The position numbers were made by a program, and so were the translations under genes. Positions 8,277 through 18,655 of a stretch of DNA of 64,000 nucleotides are shown here, in pieces. This DNA comes from Terriglobia bacterium. Its GTDB lineage: Bacteria > Acidobacteriota > Terriglobia > JAJPHL01 > JAPKYU01. The DNA lies in the NCBI GenBank assembly GCA_965206645.1, contig CBDBKE010000002.1, positions 576,001-640,000 of the forward strand, written 5' to 3'. Position 1 is the stretch's first letter. The number at the start of each line of letters is the position of its first letter. The notes beneath the pieces are model-generated. The model searched no databases. It was not told where the DNA came from and saw nothing but the letters and a program-made list of their open reading frames with translations.

Positions 8277-11055
8277 GCAGCACCTCCGCCAGGCGCTTGA
8301 GCCCACCGGTGACATCGCTGCCCAGATTGATCCGCAGGACACGCCTGTCGCGCTGCTTCAGGGCCAGGAAATCGCCCAGGGCCTGGGCCTGAATCAGGGC
8401 TCCAAACGTGTACTCGGTTTCCGGCACCGCCAGGTCCTCTTGCGGATTGTCCACCAGCTGTAGGAACAGGCCCGTGCCCGGCCCGCCCTTGTGCAGTTGG
8501 CCGGTGGAGTGCAAGAAGCGCGGCCCGTACCCTAATGTCGTGGGAGCCTTCAGGCGGCTTCCCAGCGCTCGGCGAATTTCCTGCAGAGCCGTTGTGACCT
8601 CGACCGCCGGCGCCAGATAAGCCTGGAGCGCGATGTAGTCTCCGGGTCCGGCGCCAGCCAGCCAGTTCCCCACAGCTTGAGCCAGTGGTTTTCGCCGTGC
8701 CGCCGATATTGGCTTCGCTCCATTGCGCGATCCTTTCGCTTTGCCTTTTGCCTGTCCCATTGCCTGCCGGGCCAGTTCCTTGGCCAACTGAACATCCGGC
8801 TGGTTGAAGGGGTGGATCCCGAGAACGGCACCCGCGGCCGCAACAGCCACTTCCCAGCGGAAAAACTCCTGGCCCAGATCCACCATCTCAAAGAGGCTCA
8901 GGCGAACCACCGGATGGCCTGCAGCTTCCAGCGCCGCCACTTGTGTCTCCAGCTCGGAGTCTTCTTTCCCGTCCCTGGGCCCATCCCTAGGCCCATCCCT
9001 GGACAGGTGAACGAAGAGCCGGTCTGGGCCGTAGCCAGCCGCGGGAAGCGCTGGTTCGTCAGCGACCGGGAGAATGCCTTTACCCTCCTTGCCGGTGCTC
9101 TCGGCGATCAGCTGTTCTACCCAGGCCGGCAAGGAGGCCAGTGATGCAGAGGCCAGGAACGTCACCTTGTCGCGTCCTGCCAGCGCGAGTTCTCCCAGTG
9201 TAGATCCCAGCGTTAACCCTGGATTGTCGGACTCCGGAACGCAAAAGGAGCAGGCCTCCGCCATTTGCCATGCCCGGTCCAAAAGCTGGTGCACATCCAC
9301 CCCAATGAGCGCTGCCGGCACCAGACCAAAGACGCTGAGGGCTGAATACCGCCCGCCGACCTCGACGGGCGCGGAAAAAGTGCGCCGGAACTGCCGTTCC
9401 GTAGCAAGTTTTTCCAGCGGCGTTCCCGGATCCGTGATGGCAACGAAGTGACGTCCGGGAGTGCTGGTCAACCGGCTGACTCGTTCCCAGAAATAACGGA
9501 AAAACGAGAGGGTCTCGCCGGTCGTGCCCGACTTGCTGGAGACCAGGAACAGAGTGTGCAGCAAATCGACGCCCTTCTCGACGGCGCGCACGGCCGAAGG
9601 GTGCGTACTGTCAAGAACAAGCAGAGCAGGATGACCCGGCGCGTTACCGAAAGACCGCTGGAAAACTTCTGGCGCCAGGCTGGAGCCGCCCATCCCCAGA
9701 AGAACCACATGGCGGATGCCGTCGGCCCTGGCTTGCTGGGCGAAACCTGCCAGCTCATCGAGCTGTCCATGCATCTGTTCGGGAAGGTTGAGCCACCCCA
9801 GACGGTCGACGAGTTCCGGCACCGGCTGCGGCGACCACAGAGTCGGATCTTTTTGCCAGAGGCGACAGGCAAAGCGATCCTTCTGCCAGGCTTGCAGCCG
9901 CTGTTGCACTTTGCTCTGGTAGATCCCGAGGCTCAGCTGTTCACGGGCTGCCTGGCCCGCCAACAGCACCTTGCGCTTTTCTTCCAACGCGCCGAGAAGT
10001 TGCTCAAAGGAAGCCGCAAAGGAGCTGACGCCGTCTGCTTGCAGATTCTCAGTGATTCCGTCTAGGTCAATGCCGATCTTGGCCAGGCGGCTCAGCGTTT
10101 CCTGTGCTTCCGCCTGCTCCTCCTCCACGGTGTTGCCTCGCACGCGGCCGTGGTCCCCGAAGGCATCCAAAGTGGCCGGAGGCACAGTGTTGACCGTGTC
10201 CGCGCCAATCAGCTCCTCCACGTAGAGGACGTCCGAAGAGGCAGGGTTCTTGGTGCCGGTACTGGCCCACAGCGGCCGCTGCACGCGGGCACCGCGCGCG
10301 CGGAGCGCAGCGAACGACTCACCGTTGAAAATTTCCCGGAAGCGTCTGTAGACCATCTTGGCATTGGCAATCGCGGCCTGGCCTCGCAGGGCCAAAGCTT
10401 TCGACGTCCCAATTTCTTCCAGTTTGCGGTCGACGGCCGTGTCCACTCGGCTGACAAAGAAGGAAGCTACCGAAGCGACGCGTTGCGGTTCGGAGGCCTG
10501 CTCGAGCCCACGAAGATAGGCCTGGGCCACCGCTTCGTAGTGCGCCAAAGAAAACATCAGCGTGACGTTGACGTTGATTCCTTCGCCGATGAGTGCTGCG
10601 ATGGCGGAAATTCCTTCGGGCGTCGCGGGCACCTTGATCATCACATTGGGGCGGTCCAGTGCCTTCCACAAGCGACGCGCTTCGGCGAGGGTGCCCTCGG
10701 TGTCATGTGCCAGCCGGGGCGAGACTTCCAGGCTGACGAAGCCGTCGGCTCCCTGGGTGCTCTCATAAACCGGGCGGAACGCATCGGCCGCCTTCTGGAT
10801 ATCTTCGATCGCCAGCATCTCGAACAGCACAGCAGCGTCAGCATGAGGATCCTCACCGAACCGGACGCGCAAGGCCTCATCGTAGTCTTTGCTGCCGGAG
10901 ATGGCTTTTTCGAAGATCGTCGGATTGGTGGTGACACCACGCAGGCCGTCTTCCAGGATCAACCGTCCGAGTTCGCCGCTGGTCATCAAGCTGCGTCGGA
11001 TGTAGTCGAGCCAGATCGACTGGCCGCGCTTCTCGAGCTCCTTGAGTGGGTTCAT
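8269..11055 (-). CDS. tal-pgi: Bifunctional transaldolase / glucose-6-phosphate isomerase
   Basis: N-terminal transaldolase ([25 protein letters not shown]); C-terminal PGI ([38 protein letters not shown]). Confidence 0.95.
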   Translation of the reverse strand: MNPLKELEKRGQSIWLDYIRRSLMTSGELGRLILEDGLRGVTTNPTIFEKAISGSKDYDEALRVRFGEDPHADAAVLFEMLAIEDIQKAADAFRPVYESTQGADGFVSLEVSPRLAHDTEGTLAEARRLWKALDRPNVMIKVPATPEGISAIAALIGEGINVNVTLMFSLAHYEAVAQAYLRGLEQASEPQRVASVASFFVSRVDTAVDRKLEEIGTSKALALRGQAAIANAKMVYRRFREIFNGESFAALRARGARVQRPLWASTGTKNPASSDVLYVEELIGADTVNTVPPATLDAFGDHGRVRGNTVEEEQAEAQETLSRLAKIGIDLDGITENLQADGVSSFAASFEQLLGALEEKRKVLLAGQAAREQLSLGIYQSKVQQRLQAWQKDRFACRLWQKDPTLWSPQPVPELVDRLGWLNLPEQMHGQLDELAGFAQQARADGIRHVVLLGMGGSSLAPEVFQRSFGNAPGHPALLVLDSTHPSAVRAVEKGVDLLHTLFLVSSKSGTTGETLSFFRYFWERVSRLTSTPGRHFVAITDPGTPLEKLATERQFRRTFSAPVEVGGRYSALSVFGLVPAALIGVDVHQLLDRAWQMAEACSFCVPESDNPGLTLGSTLGELALAGRDKVTFLASASLASLPAWVEQLIAESTGKEGKGILPVADEPALPAAGYGPDRLFVHLSRDGPRDGPRDGKEDSELETQVAALEAAGHPVVRLSLFEMVDLGQEFFRWEVAVAAAGAVLGIHPFNQPDVQLAKELARQAMGQAKGKAKGSRNGAKPISAARRKPLAQAVGNWLAGAGPGDYIALQAYLAPAVEVTTALQEIRRALGSRLKAPTTLGYGPRFLHSTGQLHKGGPGTGLFLQLVDNPQEDLAVPETEYTFGALIQAQALGDFLALKQRDRRVLRINLGSDVTGGLKRLAEVLHG

Positions 11056-11519
11056 GGTTTCCCCTTGCTGGCGTTGAAGGCGGCTTCCAGCGCGCTGACT
11101 TTTTTCAGCCGGCGACGGTGGCGTTCTTCCTCGGTGAAATGCGCTTCTAGGAAAGTGCGCAACAGCTCCCGTGCCAGCTGCGAACCAATCACTCGAGCGC
11201 CCAGCACTAGCACGTTGATGCCGTCGTGTTCGACGCCCTGGTGGGCCGAGTAGGTATCGTGGCAGAGCCCGGCGCGGATGCCGGGGAGCTTGTTCGCCGC
11301 TACCGAGGCGCCCACGCCACTGCCGCAGAGGAGGAGGCCGCGCTCGGCTTGTCCACTTAACACGGCGCGACCGACGGCTTCGGCATAGTCAGGGTAGTCC
11401 GCCGGCTCGGTGCTGTGCGTGCCTAAATCAACAACTTCGTGGCCCAGACTTTTCAGGTAGGCGACAAGCTCCTGTTTTAAGGAAAATCCGGCATGATCGG
11501 CCGCGGCCGCAACTCGCAT
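11052..11519 (-). CDS. rpiB: Ribose-5-phosphate isomerase B
   Basis: DHAG, DYPD, CGSGVG, ANK, EERHRRR motifs. Confidence 0.95.
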   Translation of the reverse strand: MRVAAAADHAGFSLKQELVAYLKSLGHEVVDLGTHSTEPADYPDYAEAVGRAVLSGQAERGLLLCGSGVGASVAANKLPGIRAGLCHDTYSAHQGVEHDGINVLVLGARVIGSQLARELLRTFLEAHFTEEERHRRRLKKVSALEAAFNASKGKP

Positions 11520-11522
11520 CAA

Positions 11523-11750
11523 CTACCTCCCTACAAGTGTCCGGGCGCGTTCGGCCACCGCGTCCGGCGTGAACCCCAGCTTCTCCAGCACTACCTCGGC
11601 TGGCTGAACAAGTGCTCGACCGGCTGGTGGGTGGGTCCGTCTTCGCCCAGGCCAATGCTATCGTGGGTAAAGATGAAAATGGAATGGGTTTGCATCAGCG
11701 CCGCCAAAGGTGTTCACACAGAGTTGATCCAACGACTTCATGGAAGCCAT
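11523..11750 (-). pseudogene. tkt: Transketolase relic: three fragments joined by two large internal deletions
   Basis: AGGAG RBS then [14 protein letters not shown] (11750-11709); [35 protein letters not shown] (11707-11603); [25 protein letters not shown] (11600-11523); the middle fragment is out of frame with both ends. Confidence 0.92.
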
Positions 11751-11875
11751 GTTCTCCTGTTTAACGGGTACAGCTCATCTGGACTTCGCATTGTTCGCTC
11801 GGCATGCAAGACCTTAGCTTGGCTGCCAGCTTTGCACTGGAAGTATCCACCACCTGAAGTATCCAGCACCCGCCT

Positions 11876-12634
11876 TCAGCGATAATGCTCCGCGGAGGAC
11901 TGTGGCTCGAAACCGATGACTTTCCGTGCATGCTTCAAGTCCCGATAGCTCCACTTGTTGTTCGACACAACGTAGAAAATATCAAAGCGCAGGCTTTCGG
12001 GTGCCGCAATACAACGCTCGATCATCTGCGCGATGTCGCGCTGGCTGCACCAGACAGAGAACTGCCGAGTCTGCAGCGGGCGGTCTTCGCGGTTCACTGC
12101 ACCAATACGCAGGCAAATGACGGACATGCCGTAGGCGTCCGAGAAGTACCGCCCCAAGGCCTCGCCCCAGACTTTACTGCACCCGTAAAGCCCCGATGGT
12201 CGGACCGCCGATTCATGGGTGATCTGCTGCCACGTCTGAGGGACCTCGGAATACCGCGCTTGGACGACTGCGCTATAGGGAAATTGTCGTTCCCATGCGC
12301 TGATGGTCGCTCCGCTGCTCGCATAAATGATGCGTTTGACTCCAGCTCGGCGTGCAGCTTCAAAGACGTTATGCGTGCCGATGACATTGTTGTGAAGGAC
12401 CTCTTCCCATGTTGCGGTGTCAGACGCAACGGCCGACAAATGCACGACCACATCCTTGTGCTCAAATGCCGGCTGAATCGCTTCCAGGTTTGCAATGTCG
12501 GCTCGATGGCATTCCACGCCAGCCACGTCCCGACGGTTCAGCGCGCTGAGTACATATTTGTCTTCCAGATGCTGGCGCACCACGCTACCAATCAGACCGC
12601 TCATGCCCGTTATAAGTACGCTTTTCCGGTTCAT
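11876..12634 (-). CDS. NAD-dependent epimerase/dehydratase family, uronate dehydrogenase-like
   Basis: TGMSGLIG Rossmann motif, YGCSK (YxxxK), LRIG, WCSQRD; GAAGGAG RBS before ATG 12634. Confidence 0.85.
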   Translation of the reverse strand: MNRKSVLITGMSGLIGSVVRQHLEDKYVLSALNRRDVAGVECHRADIANLEAIQPAFEHKDVVVHLSAVASDTATWEEVLHNNVIGTHNVFEAARRAGVKRIIYASSGATISAWERQFPYSAVVQARYSEVPQTWQQITHESAVRPSGLYGCSKVWGEALGRYFSDAYGMSVICLRIGAVNREDRPLQTRQFSVWCSQRDIAQMIERCIAAPESLRFDIFYVVSNNKWSYRDLKHARKVIGFEPQSSAEHYR

Positions 12635-12850
12635 AGGCTCTCCTTCGTTATATTGAAACGCAACTTTCAAGAATACGGCATGCCCGCCATCCGCGAGAGT
12701 ATAGACCTTCATGCAACATCGCAAGGAGCTTTGGCCTTCATCGGACAACGTACGCCGTCGTAGCCGCAGACAAGGAACCATTGTCCGCCCAGGTGTGCTA
12801 GCATGGCGCTAAAGCAGGGAGACGAGGGGGTTCGCAAATACCCGGGCAGC

Positions 12851-12895
12851 AACCTGAGCTTGGAGAACCTGGGCTTAGACAACCCGGGCTTAGAG
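12851..12895. repeat. 15-bp imperfect tandem repeat x3
   Basis: AACCTGAGCTTGGAG / AACCTGGGCTTAGAC / AACCCGGGCTTAGAG just upstream of the aminotransferase start. Confidence 0.85.
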
Positions 12896-12903
12896 AGGAT
12901 CCC

Positions 12904-14268
12904 ATGGTTCCAATCACATCGATTTCTGAATCCTGCTGGCAAGTCCCGCGGCGGGAATTCTTGAGGCGACTCGGGGCAGCGACTGCTGCTGCGGCTGCCT
13001 TTTCCGCAAAGCTCTCGGCCTTCAGCGGTTCACCGGATGCACGCTCGCCGAAGAGGGCAGAACCCACAGGAGACCACCGTACCGGCCGGCCCGAGTTGAG
13101 TGAGGAAAGTTTCTGGGGCTTGGTCAAGGAGCAGTTCATCCTCCGCGACGGGCTCATCTTGATGAACTCGGCTAACCTCTGTCCATCACCTTTCTCGGTC
13201 ATGGAGACCGTCTTTGGCTACATCCGGGATGAGGACCAAGACGCTTCGTTCCAGAACCGTGCGAAGTACGATGAGCTGCAGGAATCGTCCCGAGCAAAGC
13301 TGGCCCGGCTACTGGGTGCCGGGCCGGAGGAAATCGCTCTTGTTCGAAATACCAGCGAGGGCAATAACGTCGTAGTGAATGCTCTGAACCTCGGGCCGGG
13401 CGAGGAGGTACTCTGTTGGGAGCAGAACCATCCCACGAATAATGTGGCCTGGAGAGTGCGGGGTGCCCGCCATGGTTTCAAGGTCAAGTATGTGAGTTTG
13501 GACTGGCCTCCCGGAAGCGCCGAGGAGATCCTTGAGGTGTTCCGCAAGGGCTTCACACCGCACACGAAGGTCCTCGCTTTCTCGGACGTATCCAACGTTA
13601 GCGGCGCCGCGCTTCCCGCGAAGGAGCTCTGCGCTATGGCGCATGAGCGTGGCGTCATCGCGCATATCGACGGGGCTCAGACGTTCGGCGTGAAGAAGCT
13701 CAACCTTCATGAAATCGGGTGCGATTCCTATGCAGGTAGCGCGCACAAGTGGCTCATGGGTCCCAAGGAAGCTGGCGTCTTGTATGTGAGAAAGGAGCGC
13801 ATCAAGGACTACTGGCCCCTGGCGGTGGGATCAGGCTGGGGAGCTGAAGTGGCTCCCGAGCCCAAGGGCGCGCGAAAATTCGAGAGCCTGGGCCAGCGCA
13901 ATGACGCCACACTGGCGGCGGTAGGTAAGGCGGTTGATTTTCACTACCTCATCGGGGACGTCCCCATCGAAGGCAGGGTTCGGCAGCTTGCCACTGCTCT
14001 CAAGGAGGGTATCGCCAGGATTCCGGGAAGCAAGCTCTATACCTCTCTTGATCCCACTCTCAGTTTGGGCGTGGTGATCTTCGGCTTAGGCGGCGCTGTC
14101 GACCACAAGAAAGCTTACATGCGGCTGTACGAAGATTATGGCGTGGGTGGGGCCTTCTTCCCCGGGAAAGAGCCGAAGCTTCGCCTCTGTCCTAATGTTT
14201 ACAATACCATGCCCGAAGTCGAGAAAGTCCTGGCCGCGCTTCAAGAGATCGCCAGCCAGGGTGCCTGA
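12904..14268 (+). CDS. Tat-exported class V PLP-dependent aminotransferase (cysteine desulfurase/isopenicillin N epimerase/PvdN-like)
   Basis: PRREFL twin-arginine leader, RNTSEG, HIDGAQ, SAHKW (PLP lysine). Confidence 0.85.
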   Translation: MVPITSISESCWQVPRREFLRRLGAATAAAAAFSAKLSAFSGSPDARSPKRAEPTGDHRTGRPELSEESFWGLVKEQFILRDGLILMNSANLCPSPFSVMETVFGYIRDEDQDASFQNRAKYDELQESSRAKLARLLGAGPEEIALVRNTSEGNNVVVNALNLGPGEEVLCWEQNHPTNNVAWRVRGARHGFKVKYVSLDWPPGSAEEILEVFRKGFTPHTKVLAFSDVSNVSGAALPAKELCAMAHERGVIAHIDGAQTFGVKKLNLHEIGCDSYAGSAHKWLMGPKEAGVLYVRKERIKDYWPLAVGSGWGAEVAPEPKGARKFESLGQRNDATLAAVGKAVDFHYLIGDVPIEGRVRQLATALKEGIARIPGSKLYTSLDPTLSLGVVIFGLGGAVDHKKAYMRLYEDYGVGGAFFPGKEPKLRLCPNVYNTMPEVEKVLAALQEIASQGA

Positions 14269-14308
14269 GCTACGGTCGCGTCCCAGAAATTCGCCACAAA
14301 AGTTCATG

Positions 14309-14376
14309 ACCACTCGCTCACGTTCGTAGCTCGGAAGCGCGTTGAAAAGACAGAGCCGCGCGCGTCAGCAAGCGGT
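14309..14376. repeat. Degenerate REP/REPIN-like inverted pair
   Basis: ACCACTCGCTCACGTTCGTAGCTC (14309-14332) vs GAGCCGCGCGCGTCAGCAAGCGGT (14353-14376), 17/24 complementary, between convergent genes. Confidence 0.55.
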
Positions 14377-14583
14377 CCCACAAGCACACAAACATAGGCA
14401 ACGTTTTTCCGGGACACAACACTAGGTGAACCCTTCGAGCCCGCGCTGGTATCCTGATCTCTTTGAGCCAGGCCGTGCGGTGAGGCTGATTCGGCCACCA
14501 GCGAGTCTCATTGGTACTGGCACACCTGCCCAATAATCTCCGAGGAGAAACAGGGAGATGGTGAGGTAATTACAGACAGATTA

Positions 14584-16527
14584 TTACCTCTTTCTTGGTT
14601 TGGGACTTAGCGTCGTACCGTCAAAGAAAAGAACAAAGCCCATGTCCTGACCTGCCAGCAGATCCGGCACTCCGTCCCCATTCCAGTCGGCCACCTCAAT
14701 GTTGGGCGTGTGGGTCCAACCTTCCAGCAGTTCCCGGCCCTGTTTTCGGAGGGACACTCCATCCAGGTCTGTTATTTCCTTCCCTTCCGCAAATATCGGC
14801 TTTTCATTGCTCTCCACATTTTCCAGGAAGAGGACTGGGGCGGAAAAAAGCAGTCCCGCGAGGATATCCCAGTCGCCGTCGCCATCCCAGTCGTAAACAT
14901 TCGGCTTGTCACGCTGGCCGTAGGGGTTATCCAGCTTGGAGAAGACGACTGGCGCTCCGGACTGGAACGCCAGCGGCGTCCCGGCCTGAAGCAGGAGTGC
15001 GCCGGTTTCATCTCGCTTCCGCAGATACAGGGTGTACCCGTAGCGGTCATTCACGGCGACCAAATCCATCAACCCATCCTCATTCCAGTCCACCGGCGCC
15101 GGTCTCACGCGGGCATGCCCTCTGGTGCGGATGATCTTTCCTGCCGCTTCCAGCAGCCGCGGTTCAGCCCACACCGGTGCCCGGCGGCCGCCCTCGTTCT
15201 GGAATAACAGGTATCCCGATCTTCCGATCTGGCCCGAGAGGAGGTCCAGGTCGCCGTCGCCATCCCAATCCACCAGCGAAGGCGATGAATACCCCCAGAA
15301 ACGCTCCACCGGCCCCTGCGGTTGATACCCCGTTTCCACGACAATGCGCAGGGGTTTGCCATCGGCAAAGCGAAGCAGCTCTCCTTCGGCAAGCACTGGC
15401 GTCTTTCGCGTCCTGATGTTGCGGAACAGATGGAACTCGCCATCGTCACTTTCCACCACCAGGTCCAGGTCCCCGTCACCGTCATAATCGACCGCATCGG
15501 GTGTGGAAAAGCCCGGAGTCCAGACCTCTGCCGCCGTTTCCCTGAAAGCCTCAAAAGTTCCGGAAAAGTACGGCTCACCCGGTTTGCCGGCATTACGAAA
15601 AAGAAACTCGCCGTCTTCACTGGAAGCCAGCAGGTCAAACAGTCCGTCGCCGTCCCAGTCCACAACGGAGACCTTGCTGTAGATGCCTGGATACTCAATG
15701 TAGAGGTGCCGGGGTTGTGCCAGTTTCGGCTGGGCGGAAGACCCTACATTTTCAAAATACAGAACCGGGAAAGATTCCTGGGTGACCAGCAGGTCCAGGT
15801 CGCCGTCCTCGTCCCAATCCACAGCGGTGGGGCTGCAGATTCCGAAGACAGTCAGGGGATGCCCGTCCAGCAGGAGAGGTTCGACACGGGGGAAGCGGGG
15901 TTGGGTGCGGGTGCCGTGGTTGGGCAAGAAATAAAGCTCGCCGTGAATCTGGCCAAAGCTGGTACGGCCACTGGGCGGAAAGCGGCCAGGAATTGGATAA
16001 GCGAAATAATCAGTCCAGATATCGCGCGTCCCCACCAGCAAATCTGGAAGCCCATCCCCGTTCCAATCGGCCACGAAAGGCGCACCACGGGTCAGCGGTT
16101 TCCGTCCGGCGGGCCGTGCACTTTCAAAGAGGGCCGATGAAACCAACGTCTGGGCCGTGCCGAAGGTGGGCTCGCCGGGCCGACCCGTGTTGAGGTGCAG
16201 GCGGATCTCGGGCTCACCCTCGCCTCCGTCGACGATATCCCACCGACCGTCCCCATTCAGGTCGGCTAGACAGATGTAGGAGCGCCAGTGCAGGAAAGAA
16301 AGTAGAGGGCCCTTTCTGAAAACTCCTCCGCCTACATTTTCGTACACCCGCTGATCAGCAATCAGGTCCAGGTCGCCATCACCGTCCCAGTCGATGGGAC
16401 TTGACCACATGACGCTACGACCAGAGCGCTTGGTTAGGGCTGTGGCTCCCGAGGCTCGGTTATGGGTTGCAAATCGGGGCGAAGATTTGTCTGCCGGTGC
16501 GGCAGACAAGACTGGGGGAACCGCTGT
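14584..16527 (-). pseudogene. FG-GAP/VCBS repeat protein, N-terminus removed by IS3
   Basis: About ten DWDGDGDLDL-type repeats; the first 23 aa of the tracked ORF are IS left-end sequence, followed by a probable signal-peptide tail (AVPPVLSA). Confidence 0.8.
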
Positions 16528-16594
16528 TGACCTGACCGGCACTTTTTGTACCAAGTGGAAAGAGAGAGAATCCACTTGAGGAGGAAGTGAGGTC

Positions 16595-17739
16595 ATGCCG
16601 ACAAGGAGTTACAAGCCGGAGCAGATTGTAGCGGTGCTACGGCAGATAGAAGTGCAGATGGGGAACGGGAAGACTGCGCCCCAAGCCTGCAAAGAAGCTG
16701 GAATCCACACCCAAACCTACTACCGGTGGCGGAAGGAATACGGCGGGCTGAAGGTGGTGCAGGCAAAACGGCTGAAGGAGTTGGAGAAGGAAAACACGCG
16801 GCTGAAGCGGTTGGTAGCGGAGCTTTCTCTGGAGAAGCAGGTGCTGCGGGATGTGGCACAGGGAAACTTCTGAGCCCTGAGCGGCGGCGTTGTGCGGTGG
16901 AGCGTGCGTGGGAGCAACACGGGTTGTCGGAACGGCATGCCTGCCGGCTGCTGGGGCAATGGCGAGGGACACAACGATACGAGCCGATTCATCGGGTGGA
17001 CGAGGATGCTCTGACCCGAGCGATCATTGCCCTGGGAGCGAACTACGGGCGATATGGCTACCGGAGGATCACAGCGTTGCTGCGGAGTGCGGGCTGGGAA
17101 GTGGGCAAGGACCGGGTGCAGCGGATTTGGCGGCGGGAAGGGCTGAAAGTGCCGCAAAAACAAAGGCCGCGAGGACGGCTGTGGCTGAACGACGGTTCCT
17201 GTGTACGACTGAGGCCGGAGCGACCGAACCACGTGTGGAGCTACGACTTCATGAGTGCCAGAACGCACGAGGGGAGAACGCTGCGGCTGCTGACCTTGCT
17301 GGATGAGTACACGCGGGAATGCCTGGCGATCCGGGTGGAGCGGAGAATGGGCAGCCAACAAATCATTGAGGCGTTGTCGGACGTGATGTTGTGGCGAGGG
17401 ATACCGGAACAGATTCGATCCGACAATGGTCCCGAGTTCATCGCCAAACAACTGCGCCAGTGGTTGGCAAATCTAGGGACCGGGACACTGTACATCGAAC
17501 CGGGCAGTCCCTGGGAGAACGGGTACTGCGAGAGTTTCAATGGGAAGCTGCGGGACGAATGCCTGAATGGAGAGATCTTCTACTCGTTGAAGGAGGCACA
17601 GGTGGTGATTGAACAGTGGAGGGTGCAATACAACACGGTGCGGCCGCACTCGGCGCTCGGCTATAGGCCCCCGGCGCCGGGGGCCTATAGCCCTCCCCTG
17701 CCACTGAAACCAGTTTCACAGCCCCAGGCTGCGATGTAA
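16595..17739 (+). CDS. IS3 transposase OrfAB, -1 programmed frameshift
   Basis: OrfA HTH 16595-16873; slippery G GGA AAC at 16861-16867; OrfB in the -1 frame with DDE (WSYDF, RSDNGPEF, ENGYCESF). Confidence 0.92.
17659..17692. repeat. Perfect 34-bp palindrome inside the IS3 orfB 3' end
   Basis: GGCTATAGGCCCCCGGC|GCCGGGGGCCTATAGCC equals its own reverse complement. Confidence 0.97.
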
Positions 17740-17777
17740 ACTCTCACTACGGTTGGTACAAAAAATCGGTCTGGTCA

Positions 17778-18584
17778 CCCACGGCCAGCCTCGAGCACTA
17801 CCTGTTCCCGCAGCTGATCGAGCACCCGTGCCTGCTGACCAACATGCGTGGTCTGTACTCCGACGCGATCGCTGACCACGTTTTCGCCTACATTGTGTGC
17901 TTCGCCCGAAACTTCCATCGGTATATCCGCAATCAAATGGAGTGCCGGTGGCAGCCAGTGGGGGACGACGCAGGGTGGGCAAACTTTGCCATCGGCCCCG
18001 CGGTGCCGACCGAGGGGGCGCAGGCGCACCTGCATCTCTCGGATGCGACGCTCGGCGTGGTGGGCCTGGGAAGTATCGGCGGCGAGGTTGCACGGCGAGG
18101 ACTGGCGTTCGGCATGCGGGTGGTAGCCGTGGACCCTGTCCAGACCCAGGTTCCCCAGGGGGTGGCAGCGATGTGGAGGCCGGAGCAGCTTGGGGATCTG
18201 TTGGCCCAGGCGGACTTCGTCGTCATCGCCGCCCCTCACACTCCGCAAACGGTGAAGATGTTCCGCCGGCAACAGTTCCGGCAAATGAAGCGCACGGCAT
18301 GCCTAATCAACGTGGGGCGGGGGGTGATTGTGGACCTGGCGGATCTGACGGCGGCGCTCGAGGCGGGCGAGATCGGCGGAGCAGGGCTGGACGTGTTCGA
18401 GGTGGAACCGTTGCCCCCGGACCATCCCCTGTGGAGGATGGAGAACGTCATCATTACGCCGCACGTTGCAGGCTACGCGCCACGGATCCCGCAACGACAT
18501 CTGGAGGTGGTGCTCGATAACGTTGGAAAGTTTGTTCGCCAGGAACCTCTGCGGAACGTCGTGAACAAGGCCTCGTGGTTCTAG
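17778..18584 (+). pseudogene. D-2-hydroxyacid dehydrogenase, 5'-truncated by IS3
   Basis: Frame is open from the IS end (PTASLEHYLFPQLIEHPCLLTNMRG...); GLGSIG, NVGRG, LDVFEVEP, ITPHVAG; N-terminal substrate-binding segment missing. Confidence 0.85.
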
Positions 18585-18655
18585 GCCCATCCTTCTTATC
18601 AGCACCGTTCCGGCTTATCATCACCGTCCCGGCCGCTGGTCACGGACAGTGCAAG

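Larger units (their letters stand above)
16528..17777 (+). mobile_element. IS3-family insertion sequence, copy 1 (1250 bp)
   Basis: IRL TGACCTGACCGGCACTTTTTGTACCAA; IRR reverse complement TGACCAGACCGATTTTTTGTACCAA; orfA/orfB; no target duplication (CTGT vs CCCA). Confidence 0.95.

Noticed and set aside
16726-16860. Independent start for IS3 orfB
   Set aside because: Better explained by the -1 frameshift at GGGAAAC (16861-16867).
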